Source: the human T2T-CHM13v2.0 reference genome, Homo sapiens
Reading direction: 5' to 3' (one strand)
Length of the DNA stretch: 64,000 nucleotides
NCBI RefSeq assembly: GCF_009914755.1
Contig: NC_060925.1
Program-made: the position numbers and the translations under genes
In this document: piece by piece, positions 35,696 to 56,269 of the stretch
How the letters are laid out: every line of letters begins with the position of its first letter
How positions within the stretch are numbered: position 1 is the stretch's first letter
Notes under the pieces: generated by a model
Told to the model about the DNA's origin: nothing
What the model saw: only the letters and a program-made list of their open reading frames with translations
The model's database searches: none

Positions 35696-36574
35696 TCAGA
35701 GGACAAGAATAGCATGTTTGGGGAAAAGTATTTGGGGTAGGTTCAAGTCAAGCATGGGAGATGTGGCTGGAGGTCAGATTGTGGAAGGAAGGTCTTGTGT
35801 GCCAGCTAAGAAATAGAGAACAGAAAAATCTATCCAGCCACACGCCAATTCATTGACTTCTCTGCCCTGCCTCATTAGAATGAGGCAGCATCAGAGACAC
35901 GGAGAATAAATACAACACTGTAGAAAATAAGGTGGAAAATGAAGGAAATGAGAGTCAGAGACCACAATTCTATCCCTATTTGTTGAGCCCTGTGATGTAC
36001 CAGACACTGTTGTCAGTGCTGGGTGGACTGTGAATGCCGGTTCTCAGGGGACTGACAGGATGCTATGTCCACTCAGCAGCGCTCATGGGTATCTCAGAGC
36101 CTACTCCATTCTTTGCTATGTCTGAGTAGGGAAGAAAAGAGAAGAAGAAAGAATGAGGGAGTCAGGTAAACAAGGAAAGAGGCATAAAAAGGGAGTCAGG
36201 GAAGGGAGTTCTGAGAGAGACACCGTCCACATGGGTTCCTGATGGGCGCTTCCCCTCACAGCAGGCAGCCCAAGCCCAAGCTAAGATTTTTCTGTTTTTT
36301 TTTCTTTTTTTCTTTCTTTCTTTCTTTTTTTTTTTTTTTTTTGAGATGGAGGATCTCAGCTCACTGCAACCTCTGCCTCCTGGGTTCAAGCGATTCTCCT
36401 GCCTCAGCCTCCCGAGTAGCTGGGACTACAGGTGTGTGCCACCACGCCCGGCTAATTTTTGTATTTTTAGTAGAGACAGGGTTTTGCCATCTTGAACTCC
36501 TGAGCTCAGGAGTTCTGCCCACCTCGGCCTCCCAAAGTGCTGGGATTACAGGCATGAGCCACCTCACGTGGCCT

Positions 36575-37250
<676 letters not shown>

Positions 37251-37399
37251 TTACCCAAAAAGATCAGATATTTTAAATTAGGCAGAAAGATAACCCTGGT
37301 CTACCTGTGCCAAGTTCCCCATTTCATCCTAAAGCCAAGGCTCTTTGCTGTTTGTTTTGGGTGTTTGAGGAAAGCAGTGAACCCTCTCCTCAGAAGAAT

Positions 37400-39300
37400 G
37401 TACATACACACACTACATAACACAGACACACACTTCCACATGCCACACATACACAAACCACACATGCCACACATATGCTAATCACACACCACACACATAC
37501 TTCACATGACATCATACACACACACTCCACACATCATACACACACACTCCACACATCATACACAAAACACACTCCACACATCATACACACACACTCCACA
37601 CATCATACACACACACTCCACACATCATACACACACACTCCACACATCATACATAAAACACACTCCACACATCATACACACCACACACACTCCACACATC
37701 GTACACAAAACACACTCCACACATCATACACAAAACACACTCCACACATCATACACACCACATACACTCCACACATCATACACACACACTCCACACATCA
37801 TACACACACACTCCACACGTCATACACACACACACACTCCACACATCATACACAATACACACTCCACACATCATACACAATACACACTCCACACATCATA
37901 CACACACACTCCACACATCATACACAATACACACTCCACACATCATACACAAAACACACTCCACACATCATACACACACACTCCACACATCATGCACAAT
38001 ACACACACACTCCACACATCATGCACAATACACACACACTCCACACATCATGCACAATACACACACACTCCACACATCATACACACACACTCCACACATC
38101 ATACACACACACACACTCCACACATCGTACACACACACATTCCACACATCATACACACACTCCACACACTATACACACCATACACACATTCCTTACATCA
38201 TACGCACCACACACACTCCACACATCATACACACACACATACTCCACACATCATACACACACACTCCACACATCATACACACACACTCCACACATCATAC
38301 ACAATACACACATACTCCACACATCATACACACTGCACACACACTCCACACATCATACACACCACGCACACTCCACACATCATACACACACTCCATACAT
38401 CACACACTCCACACATCACACACTCCACACATCATACACACATACTCCATAAATCATACACAATACACACACACTGCACACATCATACACACCACAAACA
38501 CTCCACACATCAGACAACACACTCCACACATCATACACAATACATACATACTCCACACATCATACACAGTGCACACACACTCCACACATCATACACACAC
38601 ACTCCACACGTCATACACAAACACACTCCACACATCATACACACACACACTCCACACATCATACACACACTCCATACATTATACTCACCACACATACTCC
38701 ACACATCATACACACACTCCATACATTATACTCACCACACATACTCCACACATCATACACACACACTCCACACATCATACACAATACACACACACTCCAC
38801 ACATCATACACACCCACTCCACACATCATACACACACACACACTCCACACATCATACACACACACGCACTCCACACATCATACACACATACACACACTCC
38901 ACACCTCATACACATACTCCATACATCATACACACACACTCCACACATCATACACACCACACACTCCACACATCACACACTCACACTCCATACATCATAC
39001 ACACATATTCCACACATCATACACGCCACATACACTCCACACATCAGACACACACACTCCACACATCATACACACACACTCCACACATCATACACACACA
39101 CACACACTCCACACATCATACACACACACTCCACACATCATACACACCACACACACTCCACACATCACACACACACACTCCACATATCATACATGCCACA
39201 CACATATACTATACACCAAACACACCTCACACATCATACACACCACACACACACCCACTCCACACATACACAGCCCCCACACTCCACACATCATATATAC
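37400..39300. repeat. CA-rich minisatellite, core ACTCCACACATCATAC(AC)n, variable unit of about 20-27 bp
   Basis: Dozens of near-identical cores are directly visible. A degenerate continuation lies at 39829-39990. Confidence 0.97.
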
Positions 39301-39820
39301 CAGTGGTCCCCAACATTTTTGGCGCCAGGGACTGGTTTCCTGGAAGACAGTTTTTCCATGGACAGGGTGGGGGATGGTTTCAGGATGATTCAAGTACATT
39401 ACATTTATTGTGCACTTTATTTCTATTATTATTACAGTGTGATATATATAATGAAATAATTATCCAACTCACCATAATGTAGAATTAGTGGGAGCCCTGA
39501 GATCCCTTGTTTTCCTGCAACTAGATGGTTCCCACTTGGGGTGCTGGGAGACAGTGACAGATCATCAGGCATTAGATTCTCATGAGAAGCATGCAACTTG
39601 GTTTCCTCGAATGCACAGTTCACAATAGGGTTCGTGCTCCTATGAGAATCTAATGCCGTCACTGATCTGACAGGAGGCGGAGCTCAGGCAGTAATGCGAG
39701 TGATGGGGAGAGGCTGTAAATACAGATGAAGCTTCGCTCACTTGCCCACTGCTCACCTCCTGTTGTGTGGCCTGGTTCCCAACAGGTACCAGCTGGTGGC
39801 CTGAGGGTTAGGGATCCCTA
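39301..39820. mobile_element. MER1A hAT-Charlie DNA transposon, near full length
   Basis: TIRs CAGTGGTCCCCAAC...GTTAGGGATCCCTA, perfect 8-bp TSD atatatac (39293-39300 / 39821-39828), 520 bp. Confidence 0.9.
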
Positions 39821-40360
39821 ATATATACCATACGCACATGCTCCATACATACACACACATACATACCACACATGCACTCCACATATACACACCACACACA
39901 CACCCCACATATACCCTCTACACACCTCACACATCATACGTACCACATAGACACGCACTCCACACGTACAGCCCCCACACATGCCACACAACCTAGCGCT
40001 GGGGCCAGACAGCTTGCCTCCTGGCTCCGACTCTTTCTAGCTGTGTGCATGGGCAAATTCGTTTACTCCTCTGAGCCTCAGGATCCTCATCTGTAGAATG
40101 GGGATAATACACCTTTCTATCTCAGTTGGTGTGAACATAAACTTGGCCAATTCGCTGAACACACTTAGCACAGCACTTAGAACCTATTAGCTGTGTTCAG
40201 TATCCTGCTAGTCCAGAGCCCAGGGGGGAGGCTGAGATGAGGCTGGTTGGAAAAGCTCCCTGGCTCACTGCTGATGAGTCACGAGCCACTGACCCTCTGC
40301 ACTAGGCAGGGCTAGGGGGACCTGGCTTCCTGCCTCACCATGCAGATGCCCTGCTCTCAC

Positions 40361-40515
40361 CTCTGCCGTCATCTTGGCTATAAGCCCTGCGGAGATGGCC
40401 CCACTGAGCACGTTCCGCCGCAGGCCGGGGTTCCTGGGGTCCTTGAGGTTGCTTATGCGGCTGCGCACGCGGTTCCGGTACTTCATGTCCGTGCTCTTGA
40501 GCTCTTGGTAGATAT
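40361..40515 (-). CDS. TCEA3: TCEA3 exon ([51 protein letters not shown]), TFIIS central domain
   Basis: U12 acceptor cccttgactgtgtcac|ATATC, donor GAG|gtgaga, 155 nt. Confidence 0.96.
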
Positions 40516-44026
<3,511 letters not shown>

Positions 44027-44083
44027 GATCTTCGATTTCTGATGCCATCTTGTCACAGTTGACTCCATAGTCCTTGTAATCAT
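44027..44083 (-). CDS. TCEA3: TCEA3 exon ([20 protein letters not shown])
   Basis: tcttttag|ATGATTAC ... GAAGATC|atatcctt, 57 nt, phase 1-1. Confidence 0.95.
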
Positions 44084-44273
44084 CTAAAAGAGATTCGAGA
44101 AATACAGGTATCAGCCAGACACAACGTAGGCAGTGAAGCCTGCTTGTACCTGGGACTAGAGTGTTCCTGTACCATCCCTTGGGGTGCTGAGAAAGACTGA
44201 ATTTCATCTGCCCTCAGTGAGATTGGGAAAAGGGACTCCTTCCCTCCCTCATCCCTAGCCCAGGCTCTCTCAC

Positions 44274-44437
44274 CGTCCGCCTTCAGGGCTGCTGACAGCA
44301 TCTCCACACACTTGTCCCGGACAGAGTCCCCTGTGAGATAGCAGGGGGCCAGGAGACACATGGAAGAGGCAAACGTGGGGGTCAAGGGGCTGCTAGGTGT
44401 TTTGGGGCTCTCCGCTTTTGATTTGCTGCTGTTTGAT
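44274..44437 (-). CDS. TCEA3: TCEA3 exon ([54 protein letters not shown])
   Basis: tcctcag|ATCAAAC ... GACG|gtgaga, 164 nt, start of TFIIS domain II. Confidence 0.96.
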
Positions 44438-45606
44438 CTGAGGATGACAATAAGTAACAGACATTTGACATTAAGAGAGTAAAGCATTTATTGAGCAGCA
44501 TTCTAGATGTCTTGATGGATGATCTCCTATAATCCTCATAACAACCTCATGAGGTAGGTACTATTTTAGGCACTTGACATGGATCATCTCATTTAATCCT
44601 CGTGACAACCCCATGAGGTTGATACTATTCTCATCCCCATTCGAGAGATGCATTTTAAAGTGCATGGTAGAGAAAGATGTATCTAAAGGTGCACTTGGCT
44701 CAGATAACACATCGACGAACCAGTAGAAACAGAATTCAAACCCAGGCAGTCGGCTCTTAACCAGCCACTGTGCGTTACTCATTATAGAACAGTGTAACAC
44801 CACCAATAATTATATGCAATTGATTAGGCACTGTGCTAGCTGCTCTCTATCTATGCTCTCCTAAATGTATGAACTGTTTATTCACTCATTCACTAAATAT
44901 TTATTACAAACCTATTCTCCAGGCGCTTGTCAAGAACAAAGGATAATGCAGATAAGTCAGCAAAGCTCCTTCCCTTAAGGGGCTTACAGTCTAGTGAATA
45001 GTGACTATCTACCACCATTTAAAAGGGCTGGCTTTGCTAGATGCCAGAACTGTGCCAGGCACTTTAAAAGAATTTTCCAATTTAATCTTCATAGCAGTCC
45101 CAGGAGGTATACTCTCATCATCTCTATTTTAAGACGAGGAAATAAACCCAGAGAGGTACACCACTGAGATTTGCCTAAGGCTATACACCACCAGGATTTG
45201 AATCCACATCTGTCTAATTCCAACATCTATGCTCTTTTTATTAATTTATTTTATTTTTTGAGACAGGGTCTCTCTCTCTCTCTCTGTCACCCAGGCTGGA
45301 GTGCAGTGGTGCAGTCATGGCTCACTACAGCCTTGACCTCCTGGGCTCAGGCAATCCTCCCACCTTAGCCTCCAAGGAGCTGGGACCACAGGAGCACGCC
45401 ATCATGCCTGGCTAATTTTTACCTTTTTTTGCAGAGATGGGATCTCACCATGTTTCCCAGGCTGATCTAAAACTCCTGGACTCAAGCAATCCATCTGCCT
45501 TGGCCTCCCAAAGTGCTGGGATTACAGGTGTGAGCCACCACACCCAGCCAACACCTATGCTATAATCTATGATGTACTATCTAAGAATTATCTCATTCAG
45601 GTTTTG

Positions 45607-45620
45607 TTTATATATATGTA

Positions 45621-45663
<43 letters not shown>
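45607..45663. repeat. (TA)n microsatellite
   Basis: Directly visible. A second (TA)n tract lies at about 60471-60498. Confidence 0.95.
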
Positions 45664-45665
<2 letters not shown>

Positions 45666-45695
45666 ATATGTGCACAGACATTTAGAAGGCTAACT

Positions 45696-46598
<903 letters not shown>

Positions 46599-48099
46599 TA
46601 ACCAGACTCTGGGGTTTGTTAAGGATGGTAAAACAAAAGCCACCATTTACCACTGCTCTGCTGTTTATTCTTTTTGGTAACCCTAAAAGTCACAAATTAC
46701 TGGGCCCATTTTACAGATGATGGAATGGAGCCTTGAAGAAGTGAAGTGTGTCAATCATAGCTCACTGCAATCTCGAACTCCTGGGCTCAAACAATCCTCC
46801 TGCCTCAGCCTCCCAAGTAGCTAGGACTGACTACAGGCAGATGCCGCCACACCAGGCTTTTTTTTTTTTTTTTGTAGAAATGGGGGTCTCAATATGTTGC
46901 TCAGGCTGGACTCAAACTCCTGGCCTCAAGTGATCCATTCGCCTTGGCCTCCCAATGTGCTGAGATTACAGGCATGAGCCACTGTGCCTGGCAAGACTTT
47001 GTGATAGTTGCACAACTCCCTCCCTCCCAAGATGTTTTTGCACTATTCTTTAGGGTAGGAGCCAGGAAGTCAGGAAGTCTCTGTCTTCATTCCTCTGCTC
47101 TTCTCACCTCCTTTTTCAATAACCCATCAGAATCTGCCAGCCAGCCCCTATATCTCTGTTGAGAAAAAAGTGGACTCATCAGAGTTGAAAAAATTAAGGT
47201 CCCCTCCTGGAGTGAAATTAAGACCCACTCGAGGGTCTTACCAAACTGAGCCCTTGTGGAAGCGCCCAGAGAGCTGCTGCATTTCCTCACTCCAGGAGGC
47301 ACCATTTACATTAGTAGCTTGGTACCTCCTGTAATTATACAGTGCACAGCCTGGGCAGCTGCGCCAGGCAGCCTTGGGGCCTGGATCCACAGCTGCTTCT
47401 CATGTTCACTTTCAGGCTGTGGACATGCTACTTCCTTTCAGGAAGAAGAGGATTCTGGACTTCTGACAAAGTCTCTCAGGCCCAGGGAGTTGTGTCTGAG
47501 AGTGAGGCTAACTGAGTAGCCCAGGCTTCTCAGGATCAACAACCTGGAGTTACCAGAGAATCCCATCCAACATCCTGCTGGGCACAGCTCAGTGTGGACT
47601 CTGCTGGTGACCTCCCTGTCCCCCACCTCTTGCTGTTTGGCCTGACCTTGGATCTCCTCTTTCACCCCAGACCCCTGGACCTTTGGGATTTTTGCATTCT
47701 CTAGAGACTTGAGGTTCCTCAAAAGTGCCTCCATGCATACCGGTGAGGTGGGCTGGGGATGGTAAACTCTGTTCTTGTAAGGTTTACATTTTGAATTTCT
47801 AAAAATTTTGTCCAAAGGGATTCATTTCCTAGCTTTTATTTATTTTTAATGCAGTTTGAAACTTACTGTCCTAGATTAATCTAGCCTTAATTCTACCCGA
47901 CCCTGCCTGACAACTGGGTTGCCTGGCAGCATGGTGGAGGGACAGGGAAGCTGAGATCCAAGCAGATTTCTCCTGGAGTCAGATTGCAGCAGGAGGTTTG
48001 GGTGAGGAAAGGCTGGACAGGGCGTGAACTCGCGGGGCTGTTGGCATCCAAAACGGATGTTCCTGCCCCCAAGCCTGATCCTGGTCACAGGGTTCCCAC

Positions 48100-49350
<1,251 letters not shown>

Positions 49351-51118
49351 ACATGATGAATTGAGGAACTGACCACAGAGAGATGAAAGGCACACCCAGA
49401 GGGTCCCCCAGGGCTGAAATGTGGAAAGAGGAAGGTCCTCTTTGGAAGGACAGTGGCCCCACTCTCTGGGCCTAAGAGAGGGATCTCTCTCTCTGGGAGT
49501 ACGAGAGGGATCTCTCTCAAAGCCAGCCTCTGTCAACTCCCAGGACCCAGGCAACGCCATCTCCTGCAGCTGGGATGGTGTCTCGCTGACCTGTGCGTGC
49601 CATTGCACATTCTCAACAGCTATGACTCACCACAGGAAAACTGTCAGGGGAGCCTGCAGCATGCTGCTTTGAAGGAGCCCCAACGAATGACAGTAATAAT
49701 GGTGGTCGTTTTTGAAACGACTGCACTGAGTTGGTTTACTTATTAAGAACCTAGTCTCTGGAGCCAAACTCCCAGGTTCACAGCCTGAGACCAACACTTT
49801 GTAGCTATGTGACCTTGGGTGAGTTCCTTAACCCCTAGGTGCCTCAGTTTTTTTCACACGTAAAATCGGAATAATAATAGTACCCATCTTATGGGGCAGA
49901 TGAAAGCAACTAAGTGACAAAGTATTAGGCAGTTTACATAGATAACCAGGTTTCATATGAGTATTATTACAAAGTATTATGTATTTATTGAGCATTTACA
50001 TGGTTTGGGAACAGTGCTGGGTATTTCATTACCTCATTTAATCCTCACAATGACCTTGAAAGGGGTTCATAATTGTCTCCATTTTACAGATCAGTAGACT
50101 GAAGCTCAGAGAGCTGAACTGAATTATCCATCCAAGTTACTGCCCCAAGTTATCCATCCAACTAGCAAAGGGTATAGTCAGACCACGAACCTGCCTGTCG
50201 CCCTTCCAAATTCTTTTCAACACATCAACTGTGTCTTTAAAAGAGAGGTTTCCAGAGTCCTCCTACCTGAGCAAGACTAGGCTGTTTGGAGCATTTCTTC
50301 CCACCTTCCTGGCAGGGCACACCCAGCCCTGGTCCCGCCTCCCCGGTTAGGAGCTGGCTGGCTGGCTGGAATTCGTGTCTGGGCAGCATTTCAGGCAGCC
50401 ACACTCATTTTGCTTTCAATGCACACGCCTGGGAACTGAGCCAAACTGCAGAGAGGGCATCATCGGCCGGGGTGGGAGGTTGGATTTATCAACAGATTCC
50501 TTCTGCTCCCCGGATGTGCCCGCACCGCACCAGTCCTTAGAAAATCCTCCTGCCCCAGGTCTGAGTAGAGGCATCTGGAGGCCGGGCCCGCTGCTTCTGT
50601 GCGCCACCTCGAGGGCATTTCAGTTACTGCATCAGCGAGCATGCTCTGCAAATGGCAAATCATTCTGATAGCCAGGTAAAAGGACAACTGAGAACAGTCA
50701 ACTTTCTCCCCTGTCAACATGGTATCCTCCGTGGTCTGCTTCCTGGTACTCCAGCTACAGTTCCCAGAGCATCGTGCTCACTCCCACTTCCACACCTTTG
50801 GGTGTGCCATTTCTTTCTGCTTGAAATGACTCTCCTGACTCGCCTCCCAAACTCCTCCTATTGACTTTCCATTCTCAGCTCAAATACTTTCTCTTCCACG
50901 AAGCCTCCTTTGACTTTTATAGTCATATTGAGACATGCTTCCTATGTTCCCACGGTGTTTTATACCTACCCCTTTCTAAAAACATGCATTTTGGTGTCTG
51001 CCTCTGCACTCATGGTTAGCCCTAAGAAGGGAGAGGTGATGAGTTTCAACCTTTGCCTGGCCTTACAGGTCAAAAATGGGTGAGCTACAAATATGTTTTG
51101 TCTCCCTATTGTGTCTTA

Positions 51119-51440
<322 letters not shown>

Positions 51441-51818
51441 TCAGAAAAGGTGGTGTCGGGGAGTTCCATATGAAAATCTAGGTGTCTGGCTTTTCTTTAA
51501 AAAATTGGAAGACATGGCACCCTGGACCTGCATTTCCCCAAAGCAACAATCAGCTGCAGTGGGGTAGTGGCTGCCCCCTTCAGACAGGCACATACTTTCT
51601 AGTTTGCCATGATCTCCACTAGTCACCCCGTGTATGCATGTGCTCTTGATCCCCAGAGAATGTTGAATTTGCAAGGAAGTGCTCAATAGATGTGCTTGCC
51701 AAATCAATGAATGGATGAAAGAACGGAAGAGAAAAATGAAATAGAGAAGTAAATCATGCAGGAAACAGTCTGGGTAGGAGACAAATTAATGAGATTTGCT
51801 GCCTGGCACGATGGCTCA

Positions 51819-52199
<381 letters not shown>

Positions 52200-52899
52200 T
52201 CAGAGAAAGAATGCATTAGGGGAGGGAGCCAGGAGATTTCAAGACCATGAAGACAAAGTCAGGAGAGGAGTCTGGAGGCTCAAATCCTTACATGAATGTC
52301 GAGTGTTTTGATTACAGCATCAAACCTAGAATGTCATTAGTGACCAGTGTTTCATCTGGGGATAGGATGACGCTTCATTATCCAGGAAAGTCCTTCACTC
52401 TCCGGGGCACTTGGCATCTCTGGTTCCTGCCACGAAATGTCAGGAGTATCCCCCTCCTTCTCACCTTACCCCTACTTTGGCCCAAGTCATAGTGACAACC
52501 ATAAACGCCTCCACACATTTCTAAATGACCCCTGCTGAGATCCACTGGTCTAGAACCAGGATGACACTGGAACCACCATTTCTAGGCCTGACCCACATCA
52601 GACATTGCTAATTGACTACAGAACTTTTTCTACAGCCTCAGACTCCCTCTCCAATCAGCACTCCAGATAGCTTCCATGCATCAGCTGGAGCTGGCTGCCA
52701 TGTTGGAGGTGTGCAATACAGCCTAGGCCCGTTGAATCTTCATAAAACCTTAGACAACCTAATTTTTGTGTCTCTAATTTTCTTTCCAATGGCAATCTTA
52801 CTGATACATTAGGCTTAAAATAATTCTGCAGCTCTCACACCTACTCTCCCAGAGGCCAACACCCTTATCATCCCACCAAGGTGCCCCAAAACCCAATGT

Positions 52900-54320
52900 G
52901 GCCCATGGACCCTAATCGTTCTCCTTGATCTGCTGCTTGGCCACTTCCTGGCCTGGCCTGCTCTCCTTGGCCCTGTTTCTCCTGCTCTGACCTCTGACCA
53001 CTCTCTTGGACCACACTTCACACCCACTCCTTTATCCACAATCTTTCCTTGGTGCCCTCATCCAGGTTCTTCAGATGTCAGTTACACACTAATGACTCTA
53101 CAATTTTTGTTTTGTTTTGTTTTGTTGTGTTGTGTTTTGTTTTGTTTTGAGATGGAGTCTCGTTCCATCCCCCAGACTGGAGTGCAATGGCGCAATCTCA
53201 GCTCATGGCAACCTCCGCCTCCCGGGTTCAAGTGATTCTTTTGCCTCAGCCTCCTGCCACCACGCCCACTAACTGTTGTATTTTTAGTGCAGACGGGGTT
53301 TTGCCATGTTGGCCAGGCTGGTCTCGAACTCCTGGCTTCAAGTGATCTGCCCGCCTCGGCCTCCTAAAGTGCTGGGATTACCGGCATGAGCCACCGCACC
53401 TGGCCTTGACTCTGCAATTTATATTTCCAGCTGAGACTTTCTTCCTGAGTTGTAGCCTCATATAATCCAACTGCATATTTGACTTCTCCAACTGAATGAC
53501 TAACACACGCCTCAAATCCAACACATCGAGACCTGAACTCTGGATTTTCCACCCCAAGCCTGATTTGCATAAGCACAGTCTTCCCCATGCCAATTCATGG
53601 CAACTCCATCCTTGCAGATGCTCAAGTGAAAAATCTTGGACTCATCCCTGACTCCTCTGTTTCTCTCATTCCTCACATCCAATCTGTCAGGAAGTTCTGT
53701 CAGCTTTCCTGTCAAGATATATCCGGAAACCACCCCTTCACCCCACTTCCACCATTACCTCCCTGATCCAAGCCACCATGATATCTTGCCTGAATTACCG
53801 CAACAGCCTCCTGGCTGGTGTTGCTGTTCCTTCATTCCTGGCACAGCAGCCAGAGCCATCCTGATAAATTTGGTGACATCATTCCCGCCCTCAGTACCCT
53901 CCAATAGCTCCAGCTTTACTCATTCCCCCAACCCTCCCCTTCGCTTAAACTGCTCCAGCCCTCAGCCACTTCACTGTTCCTTGACTCTGCCAGGCACACC
54001 CCCACCACAGGGCACTTGGCTTGGAATGACCCCAGTATCTGCTTGGCTAAATCCCTCTTTCAAGCTTTTGCCTAACGATCACTTCCTCGATGAGGACTTT
54101 TCTGACAACTCCATGAATATCCTTCCCCGATCCTCTTCCCTCTCCTCTTTTGATTTCCACAGGACTTGTCACCTTCTGAACTTTACCTGTCTCCCCCTAC
54201 TTAGAATAAAGGCCCCCATCACTGCAGGGATTTTTGTCTCTTTTGTGCATGTCTGTATCCCTGGCACCTAGGATAGTTCTTGACACATAATAGGCCCTCA
54301 ATAAATATTTGATGACTAAA
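52900..54320 (+). mobile_element. L2 3' region interrupted by an Alu
   Basis: ATCCAACTGC...AATGGCAACTCCATCCTT..GCTCAAG..AAAATCTTGGA.TCATCC...TAGGCCCTCAATAAATATTTG. Confidence 0.75.
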
Positions 54321-54323
54321 TGA

Positions 54324-54794
<471 letters not shown>

Positions 54795-54881
54795 TGAGAC
54801 TGGTCCCCTGACAGTGATGGGGCAACAGCAACCAGTCAGCCACCCCAGGGAAGGAGCCACACCCCTGATTCGGGGGCACAC

Positions 54882-54997
54882 TTGCTAAATGGATGGATGA
54901 ATGAATAAATGAATGAATACATGATGAATTGAAGAATTGACCACAGAGAGATCAAAGGCACATCCAGAGGGTCCCCCAGGGCTGAAATGTGGAAAGA
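54882..54997 (+). repeat. 116-bp dispersed direct duplication, copy B
   Basis: See copy A. Confidence 0.95.
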
Positions 54998-55147
54998 CTG
55001 TGTGGGTCTTAGAATACGGGGGCAACATAATGTAGGAGGTTTCTTCCTTCCCTCCTTTCCTCTGCCTTGGGCTTCCTCCATAAAAACAGAGAAGGGGACA
55101 CAGGCTGAATAGGACACTGGGATGGAGAAAGCTGTGGTTTCCTTTAC

Positions 55148-55210
55148 CTTTCCACCGATGGTCTTTTTGGAGAGGAGGAGGCAGAAGACTTGGAGTCCAC
55201 AGAGTCTCTC
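55148..55210 (-). CDS. TCEA3: TCEA3 linker exon (RDSVDSKSSASSSPKRPSVER), exon 5 in the recalled 11-exon numbering
   Basis: ttttcttctttcag|GAGAGAC ... GAAAG|gtaaag. Symmetric 63-nt phase 2-2 exon joining the flanking exons in frame. Confidence 0.92.
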
Positions 55211-55993
55211 CTGAAAGAAGAAAATTGGCAATGAGACTGCTTTGTAGACTAGCATCAGTACTGACAGGAAGGTGGGGAGAAAGCATCCTGGGAAAAGGCC
55301 AGCTGGCTTGAGGCTAAGGAAGCCCACCCGGGCCACAGCTACTTGGGAGAGGGAGCTCCAGGCGGTGCCGGCTGGTCATGACCTTCACCTACCCTCCATC
55401 AAGTGAACCAATACAAGGGAAGGAAGTCGATATCTGCCAAGGGCCTAACACATGCCATGTATGTGACATGGGTTGTGTTGCTCATTATTTACAACTATTC
55501 TCAGCAGGTCCCTGTCCTCCTGGCTGTCAGGCAGGCCTTAGCTAACTGGAGTCCACAGAGACTGGATTCCTGGAGTTGTCTGTACTCATCTGGAACCAGA
55601 GAAACAGAGAAATCAGCTTCAGCCTCCCCGGCAGGCACTTTAGGAGGAGGAGAGGAGAAACACATGGGCCTTGGGGATAGAAGAGCTGAGTTAAAATAGC
55701 AATCAAAAAAGCAGGAGACAAAATTAGATGCGGACTGTGCCTAAAGTCACGCAAGAAAACCAATGCATAGGAGGAAAAGCAGATCTAAAGAAAATATACT
55801 CAAATGCTAACCACTGTTACAGCTAGGGTGATGGGATTAAAGGTGATTTTTTCCCAATTTTTCCAAAATGCATTCAGCTACATTATTTTTATGATATATA
55901 ATATAGTTATTCCTTTTACTGGTTTTAAAAAATCAATCTGTTTGTTAATTGCAAACCCCACTCCCCATCTCACTTACCCTGCCTTCCTTTTAA

Positions 55994-56269
<276 letters not shown>

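Noticed and set aside
37500-39290. Regular repeat-spacer appearance suggestive of a CRISPR-like array
   Set aside because: Eukaryotic context; the spacers are just variable (CA)n; no cas genes.
37475-39482. Very long His/Thr-rich ORFs (325, 658 and 469 aa)
   Set aside because: All three plus frames are open only because the CA-rich repeat lacks stop codons. They are antisense within a TCEA3 intron and run into a MER1A.
44066-44083. DDYKD peptide resembling a FLAG tag (possible engineered sequence)
   Set aside because: It is native TCEA3 exon sequence (DDYKDYG) with normal splice sites, not DYKDDDDK.
47433-47477. Minus-strand RDFVRSPESSSS resembling exon 5 (RDSVDSKSSASSS)
   Set aside because: No acceptor directly upstream, in-frame stop, and short low-complexity similarity that is compatible with chance.
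53636-54271. 211-aa plus-strand ORF
   Set aside because: Lies in decayed pyrimidine-rich L2 sequence with a non-ATG start.
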